Shown here: piece after piece, positions 36,685 through 49,805 of the stretch
Layout of the letters: each line of letters begins with the position of its first letter
Numbering within the stretch: position 1 is the stretch's first letter
NCBI GenBank assembly: GCA_028534125.1
Contig: CM052816.1
Coordinates: 2,916,001-2,980,000, forward strand
From: Lama glama
Lineage: Eukaryota
DNA: 64,000 nucleotides
Reading direction: 5' to 3'
Program-made: the position numbers and the translations under genes
Notes under the pieces: generated by a model
The model's database searches: none
Told to the model about the DNA's origin: nothing
What the model saw: the letters and a program-made list of their open reading frames with translations, nothing else

Positions 36685-37640
36685 GTCCATAATGAGATAC
36701 CACTACATATCCATCAGAATGGCTAAAATTGTTTAAAAGACTGATGCCATCAAATACTGGCAAGGGAATGGAGCAACCAGAACTTGCTTACATTGTTGGC
36801 AAGAGTATAAAAGAGTACAACCACTTTAGGAAAAGTGCCTGTCAGTTTCTTACAAAATTAAACATACACCTACCCTATGAACCAGAAATCCTATACCCAG
36901 GTCTTTACCCAAGAGAAAACATATGTCTGCAAAAAGACCTGTATAAAAATATTCGTAACAGCTTTATTTATAACAGCCCCGAACTGGAAATAACCCAGGT
37001 GTCCATCAGTAGGAGACTGGAAATACAGACAGTGGTGTAGTCATGCCATCCTCAGCAACAGAAACAAACTACTGATCCAGGCTGCAGAATGGGCCAATCT
37101 CAAAAACATTATTGAATAAAAGAAGCCCCATGCATAAGACTACATATCATATGATTCTGTTTACAAGGAATTCTACAATAAGCAAACTATGCTGGAAAGA
37201 ACTGGAACAGAAGTTGCTCTGGGGACAGGGATTGATGGCAATGAGGGAATTTTCCGGGGTAATGACAGCATTCTGTATCTTGATAAAGATTTGTCAGGTG
37301 GGTGCAATTCTTCAGAACCCACGGAAGGATACACAGGATGTGTGTATTTCATTGTAAGTGAATCTCATTCCATAAGAAAAAAAAAGAACGCAAACAAGTA
37401 CTGAATTTTAACAATATGAATGATGAAGTACTTGGACAGAAAGTGTACTGATGCTAACAACTTACTTTGAAATCAAAAGATAAGACTGATTAAATAAAGG
37501 ACTGGGTAGATATATGATAAACCACATGTAGTAAAATAACTGTAGACTCCAGGTGGCGAGTATATGAATATTCATTGTTCTTCCATAATTCTTCCAAATT
37601 TTCTGTAGATTTGGAAATTGTCATAATAAAATGTTAGGGG
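36685..37640 (+). mobile_element. Old L1 (L1MB/MC-like) ORF2 C-terminus and 3' UTR
   Basis: ORF 36729-37040 (FLTKLNIHLPYEPEI...GLYPRE) resembles the L1 ORF2p C-terminal region. Confidence 0.85.
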
Positions 37641-39174
37641 GGGAAAGTAAAAAAAAAGAAATTGTAAAAAGTATGGAAAACTCAAAGAGTTCAAAGAAAA
37701 TACTACTGCCCAACAACAATATTGCAAACAATAGTGAACTGTTTTCCATCCTTTTTTTCTAGATTTATGGATGTGGGTGGGTGTTTAACAAAATTAGAAT
37801 CAAACAGATTTATATCTTCCTATTATGAAGTAGCATTTCATCAGTGGCCCTTTTCCAGATCATTAAATATTCTTCAAAAATATTGTACTGTCAAATATTT
37901 AGACATATTTCAAATGTTTTAAGTTACTTTTCACTGCTATAAATAACACTTGGATGAACAAGCACAAGTAAATATGTATTTCGCCTGGGGCCTGATACCA
38001 AATGATTTTACCAAAAGGAAGTGTTCTTTTAAGGCAGTGCAGCATCGTCGTTTAAAGACTGCGGGTAAGTGCAGCTCCACCACCGACTCCATTGTTACCT
38101 TGGGAAACTTACTAACGGTCTCTAGATCTATTTCTTCCTCTGCGCTCTGAGGCAGTTGGTGGGAAGTGCCCAGCACTGTGCCTGGCACATAACTCCCAGT
38201 AAATGGCAGCTATTATTATTTCTTGTGTACCATGACAGCTAGTGGGGAATATTTCTGACAGAGGAAATACTCAGGGGTACATAGCAAGAACCATGGACAT
38301 AACAAAGACCATGTCTAATTTGACTTAGTATCACCATGTCCTGCACATAAGAGGTGCTCAATAAATAAAAGCTGAATAAATAAGTAATGAATGACTGTAT
38401 AGATAAGAAGGTAGCTGCCTGGCTTTAATTCATCTAGGCGTGAGGCCCACCTCAACTTCCCTTTTAAGTTTTTCCTGCCCCTATCCCTCTGGAAGTGACT
38501 GAACACATCTCTCTTTGTTAGCTGAAATTGTGTAATACACTTCAATTAACTGGAGAGTTCAAAGTCTGGGTCTAGTGTGTCTTTGGACGAAAACACTGGT
38601 AACAACATTCCCATTTAATCTCTTAAAATAGTCTCCAGTGAGGGAAGGGAGGCAGAGCATGTCATTTCTACCCCTTGTTCGGAGGAGGAAACTGAGGCCC
38701 AAAAAAGTGCAATGATGTTTCCAAATTTCCTCCTCCAGACTAGGAGGCAGTCAGGTCAACAACCTCTACAGGCTTTTTTGGCTCCACAGGTCTTAGACAG
38801 CAACGCCTCCTCCTGCCCACTGCCTGGCTGCAAATAGGCTCCCCACTGTACGGTTCTTTCTGCTACATCCTTCGGTGTTAGCTCTCCTCCCGGCCCCTGA
38901 CCGCAAAGCCAGCCATGCCAAGCTGCGCCAGGGATATTTGACAGCAGAGGGGGCTGCTGAGCCAAACCGGGATTTCTTCAAATAAGGAAGAGAAAGAAGA
39001 ATGCTTACCCGCTGAGATGCAGCTTGAGTTCCTCATTCTAACCTGAGTTCTGAGAAGACTCTTAGGTCTCAGTAGTACAAAATACTCTAGGGATCCGTAG
39101 TACAAAATATAATCCCCGAGGAATATGTGTCACCCCGAGAGAGTCCCTTCGTCCATATGTTAAAAAGTCTCAGC

Positions 39175-39360
39175 TCAGGGGTTCTCAAACCCAGCTGCAC
39201 ATCAGGGTCTCCAGGGCTGCTTATTGAAAATACACAATCTGGGGCCCCAAGCCAGACCTATTAAACCAGAATTTTGAGGGGCAGAACCTAGAAATCTATC
39301 ATTAAACTATTTTAAGATCCTAGGGTTTTATAAAGCACAGATATATTTGGGAACTACAAA
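39175..39360. mobile_element. MER5B-like hAT MITE
   Basis: 'caggggttctcaaac...ccagacctattaaaccagaat...tttgggaactac'. Confidence 0.6.
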
Positions 39361-39509
39361 ACTAGATACAGTCGAAGGTTCTTTTTTTCCTTCCATGATT
39401 GAAAACTCAAAATGTGTTGATCTCTTTCCCACTACTATAAAATATGCTGCTTTTATTTCTGGCTTATTGGTAACTGTCACAAAGAACTATCCTAAGAATG
39501 ATTTGAAGG

Positions 39510-39835
39510 CAGGACTATACAGTAAGAAATAAGATGTGAGCCACAAATGTGAGTCACACATATAATTTTACATATTCTAGTAGCCACTTTAAAAAAGTTA
39601 AAAGAAATAGGTAAAATTAATTTTAATAATATTTTACTTAACTCAATACATGCAAAATATTCTAACTTCAACTCGTAATCATTATAAAAATTATTGAGAC
39701 ATTTTACTTTTTTTTCTTTTGTGCTAGGTCTTCATGATCCGCTGTGAAATTTACCTATATAGCATATTTCAGTTTGGACTAGCCAAATTTCAAATGTCCG
39801 ATGGCTGCATGTGACCAGGGCTTAGACAGTGTGAC
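39510..39835. mobile_element. MER33-like hAT MITE
   Basis: 'atgtgagccaca...ttctagtagccactttaaaaaag...tttggactagccaaatttcaaatg'. Confidence 0.8.
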
Positions 39836-40489
39836 CAAATTAGACAGAGCAATTAAGCCATGTCAATAGGAGATAGTGCAATAATTAATTAGAAGTGTCC
39901 ACAATGAGCAGGGAATTGGAGGGGAGGCCCTTTTGCCACATAGTTGCCATCACTGGGTAGTGGATACCAAATGGCCTAATTTCTAGTTCTCTGAAGACGA
40001 GGCAAAAAAAAAAAAAAAAAGAAAAGTCAGAGGTCCCTCGGCCTAGGATTCAATCATGGGGAGGAGACAGGAAATCCACACTAGTGATTAGTGACTGGGA
40101 GCACTATAATTGAGTATAACTTTAAAATAACTAAGAAAAATATTTAGCCAAAACAAGTGGTAGAAGAGACCCAAGCACCAGAACTTGAGAATATCTCTTG
40201 TATTCATTCTATGAAAATAACCTTCCTGACCGTCAAAGCCAACATAATGGGCCTACTGAAGGGCTATAATTGATTGATTTAAAGGGAGCATTCACAGTGT
40301 AGTTGAATCTCCACCATGAGAAACAGCCAGCTAATACACTGCAGAAGAAGCGGGGGTGGAGGGTACCTATGGCCATGAAAATAGTAATGCAACCAGTAAC
40401 ACTCATAGATCATACTGAAAATGTATGATTTTAAAAAGCACTTCACTATCCATTCTCTTTTGTTCCTCATGACCGACGGGACCCGGTGG

Positions 40490-40645
40490 GACACATGCCC
40501 CCTTTAGGGAACGCAGGTACTGAGCGTTTCCATAAGTCTCACAGCCAGGGAGTGAACAGTATAGTTTCTCCACATGAAGCTCTCTGGTCCATATGGGAAT
40601 TCAACCTTGGCCTCATTATCAGCAAGCTCTTGCCAGCTACGTACC
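40490..40645 (-). mobile_element. MamSINE1-like ancient SINE
   Basis: 'cacagccaggg...ctctggtccatatgggaattcaaccttggcctcattatcagc' resembles the reverse complement of the tRNA-derived MamSINE1 head as recalled. Confidence 0.5.
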
Positions 40646-41079
40646 TGATGCAGCTATAAATATCGTTAATTCACTTTTCAAAGGCCTTTCCTCTTCTAAT
40701 AGATTAAGTTCCTGTTAGCCTCTTACCTACCCCCTCCTCTGTGACTGCGTCGGCATTGCCTCTAATCATATGTGTCCCTGGAAGGTGTAAATGCCTTTGC
40801 CTCGGGCAAGGATGCCTTTTCTACAGCACCATGTGGAGCCGCCAGCCAGCCTGTAACGTGGGAGCAGCACTTTCCTCTGCTGGCTGAGTCCAGATAACAA
40901 CTTGCAAAGTCACCCAGGAGGCATGGAAGGGTTTGGGGGCAGGAAAGTGATGTGATGAGACAGGACGGTGTGTGAGGCAGGTGAACGGTGGAAGTGGGAA
41001 GAGAGAAACAGAAATGAGAAGAGGAGGAAGAGAATCATCATCTCCGTCAGTGTCAGCTCTCCTCGTCTTTCAGCTCTTC

Positions 41080-41340
41080 GCTTGTATCACTTGCTCAGAG
41101 TCCAACACACCTAAAGCAGCCACCCCATCCCTCTCTATAAGATTATCATCCTCTAATTTCTGCATAGCATCTGTCACTCTCAATGCTTTTGTTTATTACC
41201 TGTCCCCACTCCAGGTTGACTGCGAGGTCCATGAAAGCACAAACTCTGTCTGTGTTATTCACTGTTCTAGCTGCAGATAATACAACTACACCTAGTCCAC
41301 AGTAAACACTTGTGAAATATTAGTTTAACGAGTGAATGAG
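41080..41340 (+). mobile_element. L2 3' end
   Basis: 'gactgcgaggtccatgaaagcac...cacagtaaacact...gagtgaatga'. Confidence 0.65.
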
Positions 41341-42137
41341 GGGCTGAGCGTACTTAATACTGTTTACAGATTGTATCACCGAATGGTCACATTAATCCAA
41401 GGAATCGTCTTATCATCTGCACCTTACAGGTGGTTACACACACTTTACATGCTTTGATAAGAGTTTGTAATCTGCGTACTGTAAAGTCACTAGAAATTGT
41501 CTAATTGCCAAATCTAAAATCCTTTTCTCAAGAAACCTTTCCTCATTCATTTCAGCCTTGCTTCAACATTGGAGACCGCTGACCCTGGGTTTTTGCTAGA
41601 AAACCTCTTTTGGACTCATTCGGTCAGCAACAAAACTTTGTTAAGCACCTACTATGTGCCAGTCCCTGTTCTAAGGGCTGAGTGTGCAAAGTTTTGACGG
41701 TCGAGCAGGAATTGGGGAGGGTCCCTACGGGGTGACGCTGCTTTTCTCCCCATCATTTCTTCTCAACCTCCTCCATTTTCTTCAATCCCTCAAATGTGAG
41801 TGCCCCCAAGGTCCAGCTATAGTTCTCTCTCTGTGTACGCTTCCACCTGCAATGGTGATTTCAACCTACCACAGCCTCTTAAACAGTCACCTATGTGCAA
41901 ATGCCTCCAAGATCTATGATCTCTAACATGGACCTTTCTCCTAGACTCCAAATCTTCATCTCTTTTCTACCTGGACACTCCAATACCACCTCATCTCAAC
42001 TCAACAACCCTAAAATGAAATCTATTTACTACTGGCAACCGGCTCATTTATGCTTTAGAATCATACCAGATCAAAAACTAATTCCAGATTCCCATCTTTA
42101 TGGTCTATTTCCTGGAACCATTTCCAGTACGAATAAC

Positions 42138-42666
42138 AGTATCAGAGAGGGTTCAGTCAGGGAGGCAGAATCACCATGAATATATAAATATTTTAATATA
42201 GAAACTGGATCTTTCCTAATTTCACAATTGTGAAAGGAGCTGGTAAATAAAGATCGAGTAGGGAAAGTCAGAAGATCAGAAGAGCCACTTAATTTGTCAA
42301 TCTGAGAAGCCAGTAACAATCAGCCTCTGAAGTGTAACAAACAAGGAATTAGTGGCAAGGTGTATGGAAAGCTGTTACTTTTGTGTCACTGCTGCCTCTG
42401 TGGGTCCACAGCCAGGCATCCAGTGCTGGGTCTGGAACCAATAGTTAGGAAGACCTGAGAGCACCAAGGGCAAACTGGAACTCTCTCAGTATCTATCACC
42501 ATAACCAACCACAACCCTCTGACAGTAATGGCCACTTCTTCACTTCTGCCTTCCCAATCTCACAAAAGCTCCTTTTTTGGCCAGCTCTAACACAGAACCA
42601 CACAGGGACGGGAACTCTGGAAAATAACCCCAAGTTAAACCAACTTGACCAGCATAATCTAGCACA
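42138..42666 (-). mobile_element. Old ERVL-type LTR
   Basis: 'tatcagagagggttcagtcagggaggcagaatcacc...atctagcaca'; similar start at 28311-28560. Confidence 0.5.
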
Positions 42667-43130
42667 TATAGTACACTATAATTTGGCATATCATGCTTTC
42701 TTTCTTTATTCTTTTATTGATTATATGTATTTAACTCTATGTAACTGTTGTTTAAAATTGCTACAATACATATCCTTGAATATATATATATATACACATA
42801 TATATATGTACGTATACATATATTTTTTTGCATGAGTATTTTTAAGATAAACTCTTAGAAGTAAAATTACTGGGTCGAAGGATGTATCATTTTAAGTGTT
42901 CATAGATGAGTCCAAATTGTCCTCCAAAATGGTAGTGACAATTTACACTCTTTTCTGCCTTGTTTCCTTGCCCACACTGAATATTATTTGCCAGTATGAT
43001 AGAGGGAGATGGTATCTTGCTTCATGTTGCATTTCTTTGATGAAAAATGAACGAGTCTTTTGTATCTTTCATATGTCAGTGGGCTTATATTTCTTCTTTG
43101 AGTTATCTGTTCATATTCTTCACTTTTTTT

Positions 43131-43254
43131 TTTGCAACAGTTTTTTTTGGGGGGGGTAGATTTGTTTATTTATTTATATGGAGGTACTGGGTATTGAACC
43201 CAGGACCTTGTGCACGCTAAGCACGCACACGCTACCACTGAACTATACCCCACC
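43131..43254 (-). mobile_element. Vic-1-like SINE with TSD inside an old minus-strand L1
   Basis: TSD tcttcacttttttt at 43117-43130 and 43255-43268. Confidence 0.92.
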
Positions 43255-43769
43255 TCTTCACTTTTTTTCTAAAGAGTTGTCTTTTTCTTGTTGATTTTAG
43301 GAGTTCTTTATCTTGTATATTTTAGGTAAATATTTGCAAATATTTTCACTCAGCCTGTAGTTTACTTTTTAATTTGGTTTATACTGTTTGGCTTTTTGTT
43401 TTATTTTGTTTGGATTAGGGTCATATCACTTAATAATAATAATAATAAAAAACCTCAATGTGTGGTTGTGCCCTTAGTGATACTGTGACTCTATCAATGT
43501 AAACACTCTGACTTCAAGAAGAACCACAGATGAGATGTGCAGACCATTAACAGGGGAGGTCAGAAGCAAAGCTGTTCCAAATGAAGCAAAGAACTATAGC
43601 TGTTACTCTGCTCTAAACAACCCAACTATAATTTTGAGAAAACCCACAGAATCCTAATTCTGAATACAGAGAATCTCTCTGAATGTTTAACGAATAATAG
43701 CTTAAGTCTCAGAACTCTGACTGGAATTTCTTAGAGCCTGTTCAACCAAGGGATACTAAAAAACGAGGT

Positions 43770-43948
43770 ACCCGTGCTATCACCACCACCACCATCCCCT
43801 TTTTCCACCCATGGCAGACGTTGCTAATTATTCTTTCTTCCAGAGTCCAGATGTGATTTTAAAAGCCTTCTCTATGAAGCATTCAAGGGAGCTGCTACCC
43901 ATCAGTCGGAGTTGGCATGTAAAATAAAACCTGTTTTGCCACTCTGTT
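43770..43948. mobile_element. MER102-like hAT element
   Basis: 'cccatggcagacgttgctaat...cggagttggcatgtaaaataaaacctgttttgcca'; related remnant near 49940-50130. Confidence 0.6.
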
Positions 43949-44941
43949 TTTAATCCAACTTCCCATTTTTAGAGGAAGACATTAAGGTCCAGGGCAGGGA
44001 TATGAGTTACATAAAATCATGCAGCAATTTAGTTGCAAAGCCAGAGCTCCACACTAGCTTTCTGCCTCCCAGTCCAATGCTCCTTCAGTGGGACCACTGT
44101 GTCTTGCCTCTTCTGCCACCACTAGAGAAAGCCCTTCATGGAGCATTTGGTGAAGAACCTTTCAAAGAGTGAATAATACATAGGTGGTTTAATCACAACA
44201 TACATTTCAATAAGTATCTTGATAGCTTTAGAGCTGGTTAACAGGACTAGTGGGGCAATTAATCATCTGCAGGAGGCACTGAAACACAATGACAAATTTA
44301 AGAAAGTGGAGAACTGTCTCAGCAAAAGCTCCACATGGAATTGGATGAAACATTGAACAAGTCGCTTGCAGAGGGAGTGGGGAGCAAGGAGTCCACGAAG
44401 GAGCAGGCTCAGTACCAAGAGATGGTCTCAAGGCGAGCAGTCTAATTAACTTTTGTTTTGTAAAGTGGAAAAATAATAAATTGTTGAGGAAAATAAAGGA
44501 GAGACTACAGGCTAACAAAAGCTAGCCTCCTTTCTGTCCTTCCTCCATGCATGTTCCACTTCGCTTCTAAACTGATACTGAATGAATAGCTAAGGACTTG
44601 TCAATTTAAAAGAGCACCATATTATTGGCCTGCTCTGAGCATCAAATCATGGATCCTTGGGAGGCAGGCCCATGCCTCCAGCCAGCTTTGTTTACTCCCG
44701 CCCCAACTCTACCCATCTTTGCATCTTATCTATTCTGGAAAGGCTTTCCTAATTCCCACTCTGCCCACAGTTATGTTTTCCTCTTGCTTATCATCTGCAT
44801 CCTGACGAGGCCCTGGGAACGTGCCACCTGTTATCAGAAAGTACCTTTCCATGCAAAGACAACCTGCTTCTTCTCCACTAGGCACAAACTATGCGTTTTC
44901 CTTATGTGTATGCCCTGCAACACCTGGCTGACACAATCATT

Positions 44942-45068
44942 GCAAGGAAGGAAGGAAGGAAGGGAGGGAGGGAGGGAAAGAAAAGAAAGACAGAGAGAGA
45001 GAAAGAAAGAAAGGGAGGGAGGGAGGAAGGGAGGAAGGAAGGAAAGAAGAAAGCAAGCAAGCAAGCAA
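44942..45068. repeat. Compound polypurine microsatellite (GGAA/GGGA/GAAA/GA/GCAA)
   Basis: Directly visible. Confidence 0.95.
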
Positions 45069-45531
45069 TTCTGTTGATTAAATGGCAAAAAGAATAACCC
45101 ACGGTGCCCACAGTGACTTCTGGGCTTGGCTTTCAAAGGATCTGTGGAGATCTTGGAAGCACACAGAGTTGCTTTTCCTCAAAGGCCTATCTGATTGGGT
45201 CTTGTGCCATTCGTAAAAGGATTCTGCTTGGAGAGGCAAGATTTTGAATTGCCTAAACTGTTTTTGTGACTCTCATTTTATCATACATAGTAGCAACTTG
45301 TTTCTATTTGCTCTCATGCCTAAGGCTAGCAACAATTTGTGGGGAGGCCCACAATGTAATTTATTTTATCCCCTACTATAAAGGCTGGAATTAGGAAGAG
45401 AGATGAGAAGGAAAGAAAAGTGGGGCAGGAGTAAAAGGAGGATGATAAGGTGGCTGATGATGTGAGTTCACTGATGAATGCAAATCTTTATCGAGAGGAG
45501 TGGGACTAAAGTAGGGGAGAGTCTGTCCCCC

Positions 45532-45659
45532 TAGGTAGGTTACCACCTTAAATATAGTACATCCAGCTAAATCTACACATTCTAAAATTTATTCATTTTT
45601 TTCCTCTGAAATTCAAACTAGACACCCTGTATTTTTATTTGCTAAATCTGCCAGTCCTA
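45532..45659. mobile_element. MER53-like MITE
   Basis: 'tctgaaattcaaact...ccctgtatttttatttgctaaatctgccagtccta'. Confidence 0.75.
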
Positions 45660-45718
45660 CCCCACAGAGGATCTGTGGCAATGTCTGGAGGCATTTTTGA
45701 TTGTCATGACTTGGGGGT

Positions 45719-46070
45719 TGTTAAAAGATAAACTGAGGCATATTAAATTTTTTAAGAGTTTATTTGAGCAAAACTTGATTCATATTGGGCAGTGCCACCT
45801 GGGAAATGGTTAGAAACCTCCAACAAGAGCTAGGGGAAGACTTTTACAGAGAAGACACAGAAGCAATGCAAGGAAAAGTATTTCATAGGCTACAGCTTAA
45901 GCAGTTGCCTTATTCAGGAAAGTCTAAGTTAGCTGGTTGTGACTGGTTGTCCTCAGGTTTTGATTCCTTAACCTTGGGGCATTGACAGGCATAGTTTGGT
46001 TGCTTACATAGACCGCTAAGGCATTAGAACCACCTCAGTTTAATGGCCTTCTTGTTTAATTAATTTCACA
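45719..46070 (-). mobile_element. ERV1-type solo LTR
   Basis: TG...CA ends, exact 4-bp TSD gggt (45715-45718, 46071-46074), tttatt near 45759. Confidence 0.85.
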
Positions 46071-47839
46071 GGGTGCTACTGGCATCTAGCAGGTAGAGAC
46101 CAGGGATACTGCTAAGCGTTCTGCAAGGTCCAGAATAGTCCCTCCATAGCAAAGAATGATCTGGTCCAAGATGTTAGCACTGCACTGTTGAGAAGCCCTG
46201 CTGTAGAAGGATAATTTTTATCTCCAAAATACACCTCATATAGCTAAATAGCACTGTAGGAAAACAGTATGCATGTGTATGTGTAAGTACATTTATCTTT
46301 CCCCATAAAACGTTTGCTAGATTTCTTTCATTTAAATCTACAAGATATGATGATCTAGAGTTTTATCATGGTAATTTCTCCAATTTCTCCTGGGGGAGAT
46401 ATGACAAAATTCAGATCACATTTTGGGGAAAAAATATTCAGAAATAGTAAGTGATTCTCCAGAATCCCTCAGAATCTAAGGAAAATAAAGTTAAAACTCA
46501 CAACTGCTGAACACATTACTCATTCCAATAAAGCCAGCCTGACTGCACCTCTCACCATGCTCAGAACAGGGCAATTGCAATGGGTTTTAGTTTCCAAGAG
46601 ATCAAAAGTTTTCACAACTGATTAGTATCCAGAAAGCAACAGCCTCCTTTAACCTTGAGATGCAAATAGCCCAAGATTGTCAAGGGATCTGAAGGGCTGG
46701 AGGATTTGATGGAAGATCAAATTCCCGACATTTCCAGGGCAATTAGTTTCACATGCAAAGTCACAGGAAGGTCTTCCCTACTCTCCTTGAGCAGGAAAGC
46801 TGTAATAAGACTCTGAGCTTTACAAACTTGAACTAATTGGTCTGCACCCACCCAGCAGAGTTCATTATTGTTATCCCCGTTTCATAAAACACAGAAGGTG
46901 GGTAGAAATCTTTTCACTCCACCACCACTGGCCATTTCCCACTTCGGATTACTATACATAAAACCCAGGTACCAAAAGTGGGGCTAGCTCTGCTAATTAT
47001 TCACATAGCAGGAAGGAAAGGTCTAGAATTATGTCAAATCTCTTCACAGGTGCCTCTTAATATGCCACTTGAAGGTGAGTCCTGGGCTCAGAAAGTTTTT
47101 TAAAACAGTGCCATACTCTCATCTAACAGTTCAGGAAACCAGGGAGGAAGTTGCTGTCAATTACAGCCGGGACTTCAGAGCATGAGCTAAATTGATTTTG
47201 AAAGATCTGATTGCTGGTCTGCTTCCCTCGCGCTGGTGCCAGGACTGGAGCCACGGCTGACTTCTCCGGATGTGCTGGGGCAATCAAGACCCAGCCAGGT
47301 GGCCGAGTCCACTCGGTGACTCAAATGCAGCCTGTTGTCACGATGGATTTTCTGCTCACAAAGGTACAATTGTGTCTAAACGTCTTTTGTCATCCCTTAG
47401 CTCTCTGAAGGGCAGCATGTCAGCTTCCTCCAGGACCATTTAATGGCTGGGGAATCTTCCATTGGGAGACCCTGCCTGACCAGCGAGGTTTATGACAATC
47501 TCAGACTCTCCAGGGCTTTCACCTGTATGTTTCCCTTCCTCTGGCACTGAGGAGGCTTTTTTATGCAAGCTTGCAGCCTGCTTTCTCAAATAAGCCAAAG
47601 GACACTGGTCGCAAAGACTTGCCCAGAGAGAATGTGGCCAGCCAAAGATGCCGGTGGAATCTTTGCTGGCAGGATCGATTCCGACTGAACAGCTCAGCAC
47701 TGGCTTTCCCACATCTCTGGCTTTCCACCAACTCTCAAGAAAAAGGTGGGACTGGTAACAGGAGGTCCAGGCCCTACAAAGGTTTCTGCCCCTCTTACCT
47801 CTCTGGGGTGCTTGTAACAGTAAGGTGTGGTGGTGAAGA

Positions 47840-48005
47840 ACAGGGCTCATCTCTGCCACTTTACTAGCTTTGTAACCTCATACAAGTTACTTTTTAACTG
47901 CAATTTCCTCATCTATAAATGGGGGATAATGATACTGAGACCACAAAGAGTTGCAGGGAGCAATAAATGAACCACTGGCACATGGTAAGGGTTCAAGAAA
48001 TATGA
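47840..48005 (+). mobile_element. MIR SINE
   Basis: 'tctgccactttactagctttgtaacc...tttcctcatctataaatggggataatgatac'. Confidence 0.75.
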
Positions 48006-49444
48006 CCTTGTATAGCAGTGATGGTGGTGGTGGTGATATGGGCTTCCTGTGTCAAGGGCAAATTTAAGCCTTCAGACCCACTCTATCAAACCCACAAAAA
48101 CCGATCAATCAATCATGAGCAAAAAACCAAAACCAAATTCCAAGTTGCCTCATTTTCTTGTTTGCCTGTTGCAGTCTAAAAGCTCTCTCTATCCCCATCC
48201 AGCCCCAATGCCTTGCTCCTGCCCTCTTTTTACCAGAAATCTGTACCACCCTTTGCCTTCATTCAGATAGCCCTTTCACACACACCCTGGTGCACATTAA
48301 AAGCCTGCTGCGCGTTACATCAAAGCTCCTGCTGTCTCCATTGCTCGAATGTCCTCCATTATCACAGCATACATACTGGACCAAACCTGGGCACTGGCAG
48401 ATCACACCATTATCTGCGAAGGGTGACCTGAGGAATGCCAGGAGGCCATGCTTGTCCAGGGACCTCTCCCCACTGGTCAGCCTCAGAGCCTTCCTTTTGT
48501 CTTTACTGGCATAAAAGGGCCAGTGTGAAACATCCAGTTTAGACGACATCAAGTAACCTGTGAGCTATTATACAGCTGCTCATTTATTACATGAGAGGTG
48601 AAGGAAAGCCACTTCTCATACTGGGTACCCAGTATGTCATTAGTTCACAAAGATTGATCAGATTAGTGAATTGAAAAGAGAGCAGACTGAGAGAGCTGGG
48701 CGATAGGTGGGGAAGTTTTGCTGGGATCACAAGGAGAAAACACTCTACTGCATGAAGAACAGGCAGGCAGCTCTGGGGACCATAATTATTGGGAGGGAAT
48801 TGAGGGCTTGATATCCAGGAACTTAGAAGGTAAGATGCCCGAGTCTGTAGATCAGAGATATAGGAAAGGTCAACTTCAGTTTCTCCCACTTTTGATCTTG
48901 TAGCCTGAGTCCTGCCTCCCTGAACCAGAAGGCAACAGCTGGCTGGCTGGATATGCATATTCATGAACCCATGTTGCTGCAGACAGAAAGGCGTGAATAT
49001 TTTAAATCTGCATTTTCTGTTTCTGTCAGGAGCTTGGAAACTTTTGCAATCAAATTGTGGGAGGCAGGAAGTTTGAGGGGAGAAGTCATTACCTTCTTGG
49101 GCTTAAAGAACAATGAACTTTTTCATCTGCAGGGTATGTTGGGTAACTGATATCAAAAGAGAAGGGTAGGGAGGATACTCCACGTGGGTCTTTTATCATG
49201 TCCCCGTGGTGGGGCACTTTATATGGGAAAAGAATCCAATGGTAGAAAAAGCAATCATAAATGCAGATCAGAATAGCACAGACTTCTAAAGTACCCAATT
49301 TATAAAGTCATTACTTTAGGTTATCCGAAGCAATTGAAGTATTGAATGTAATTTTTTTTTTACTTCCATAATGCTATCAACATTTGGCATCTAACTCCCC
49401 TATGCCTACACACCTAAGAATAAAAAGAAAGAGGTAAAAAAGGT

Positions 49445-49805
49445 AGGTAGATATATTGGGATAACAACTCTCTCCTCCATCCCAAAGCTCAATGATTTGA
49501 GAGATAAAGGTTTATTTCTCATTCCCATCACAGTCCAGTGTGGAATGCAGTCCCTCAGGTACCCAGATTATTCCAGTGAATTCTCTCTCTGGAGTTGATC
49601 AAGAAGGGAGAGGGAAAGAGCCCAAAGAAGGCTTTCCTGTACTTAAATAGCTCAGCCCAGATCTGACTTTTATCACTTCACCTTACTTTACATTGGTTGG
49701 AACTAGTCATATGACCCAGACTTAATACAAGGAGCTGCAGAAACATAGTCCAGTATATATGCTCAGGCAGAAGAGAAAATGGACTGACAAGCAGCTGGTC
49801 TATAC
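49445..49805 (-). mobile_element. Old MaLR LTR (MLT1K/L-like)
   Basis: 'ataaaggtttatttctc', 'cattggttggaactagtcatatgaccc'. Confidence 0.55.

Larger units (their letters stand above)
45498..46200. mobile_element. MER20 hAT MITE, interrupted twice
   Basis: 'tggcaatgtctggaggcatttttgattgtca' ... 'gggtgctactggcatctag' ... 'gttgagaagccctg'. Confidence 0.85.

Noticed and set aside
36729..37040. 103-aa ORF as a host gene
   Set aside because: It is a degraded L1 ORF2p C-terminal fragment.
38060..38072. Strong splice donor gcgg|gtaagt
   Set aside because: Lies in a MIR-like remnant with no convincing upstream acceptor.
44625..45136. Several ORFs of 68-150 aa
   Set aside because: Kept open by the stop-free purine microsatellite.
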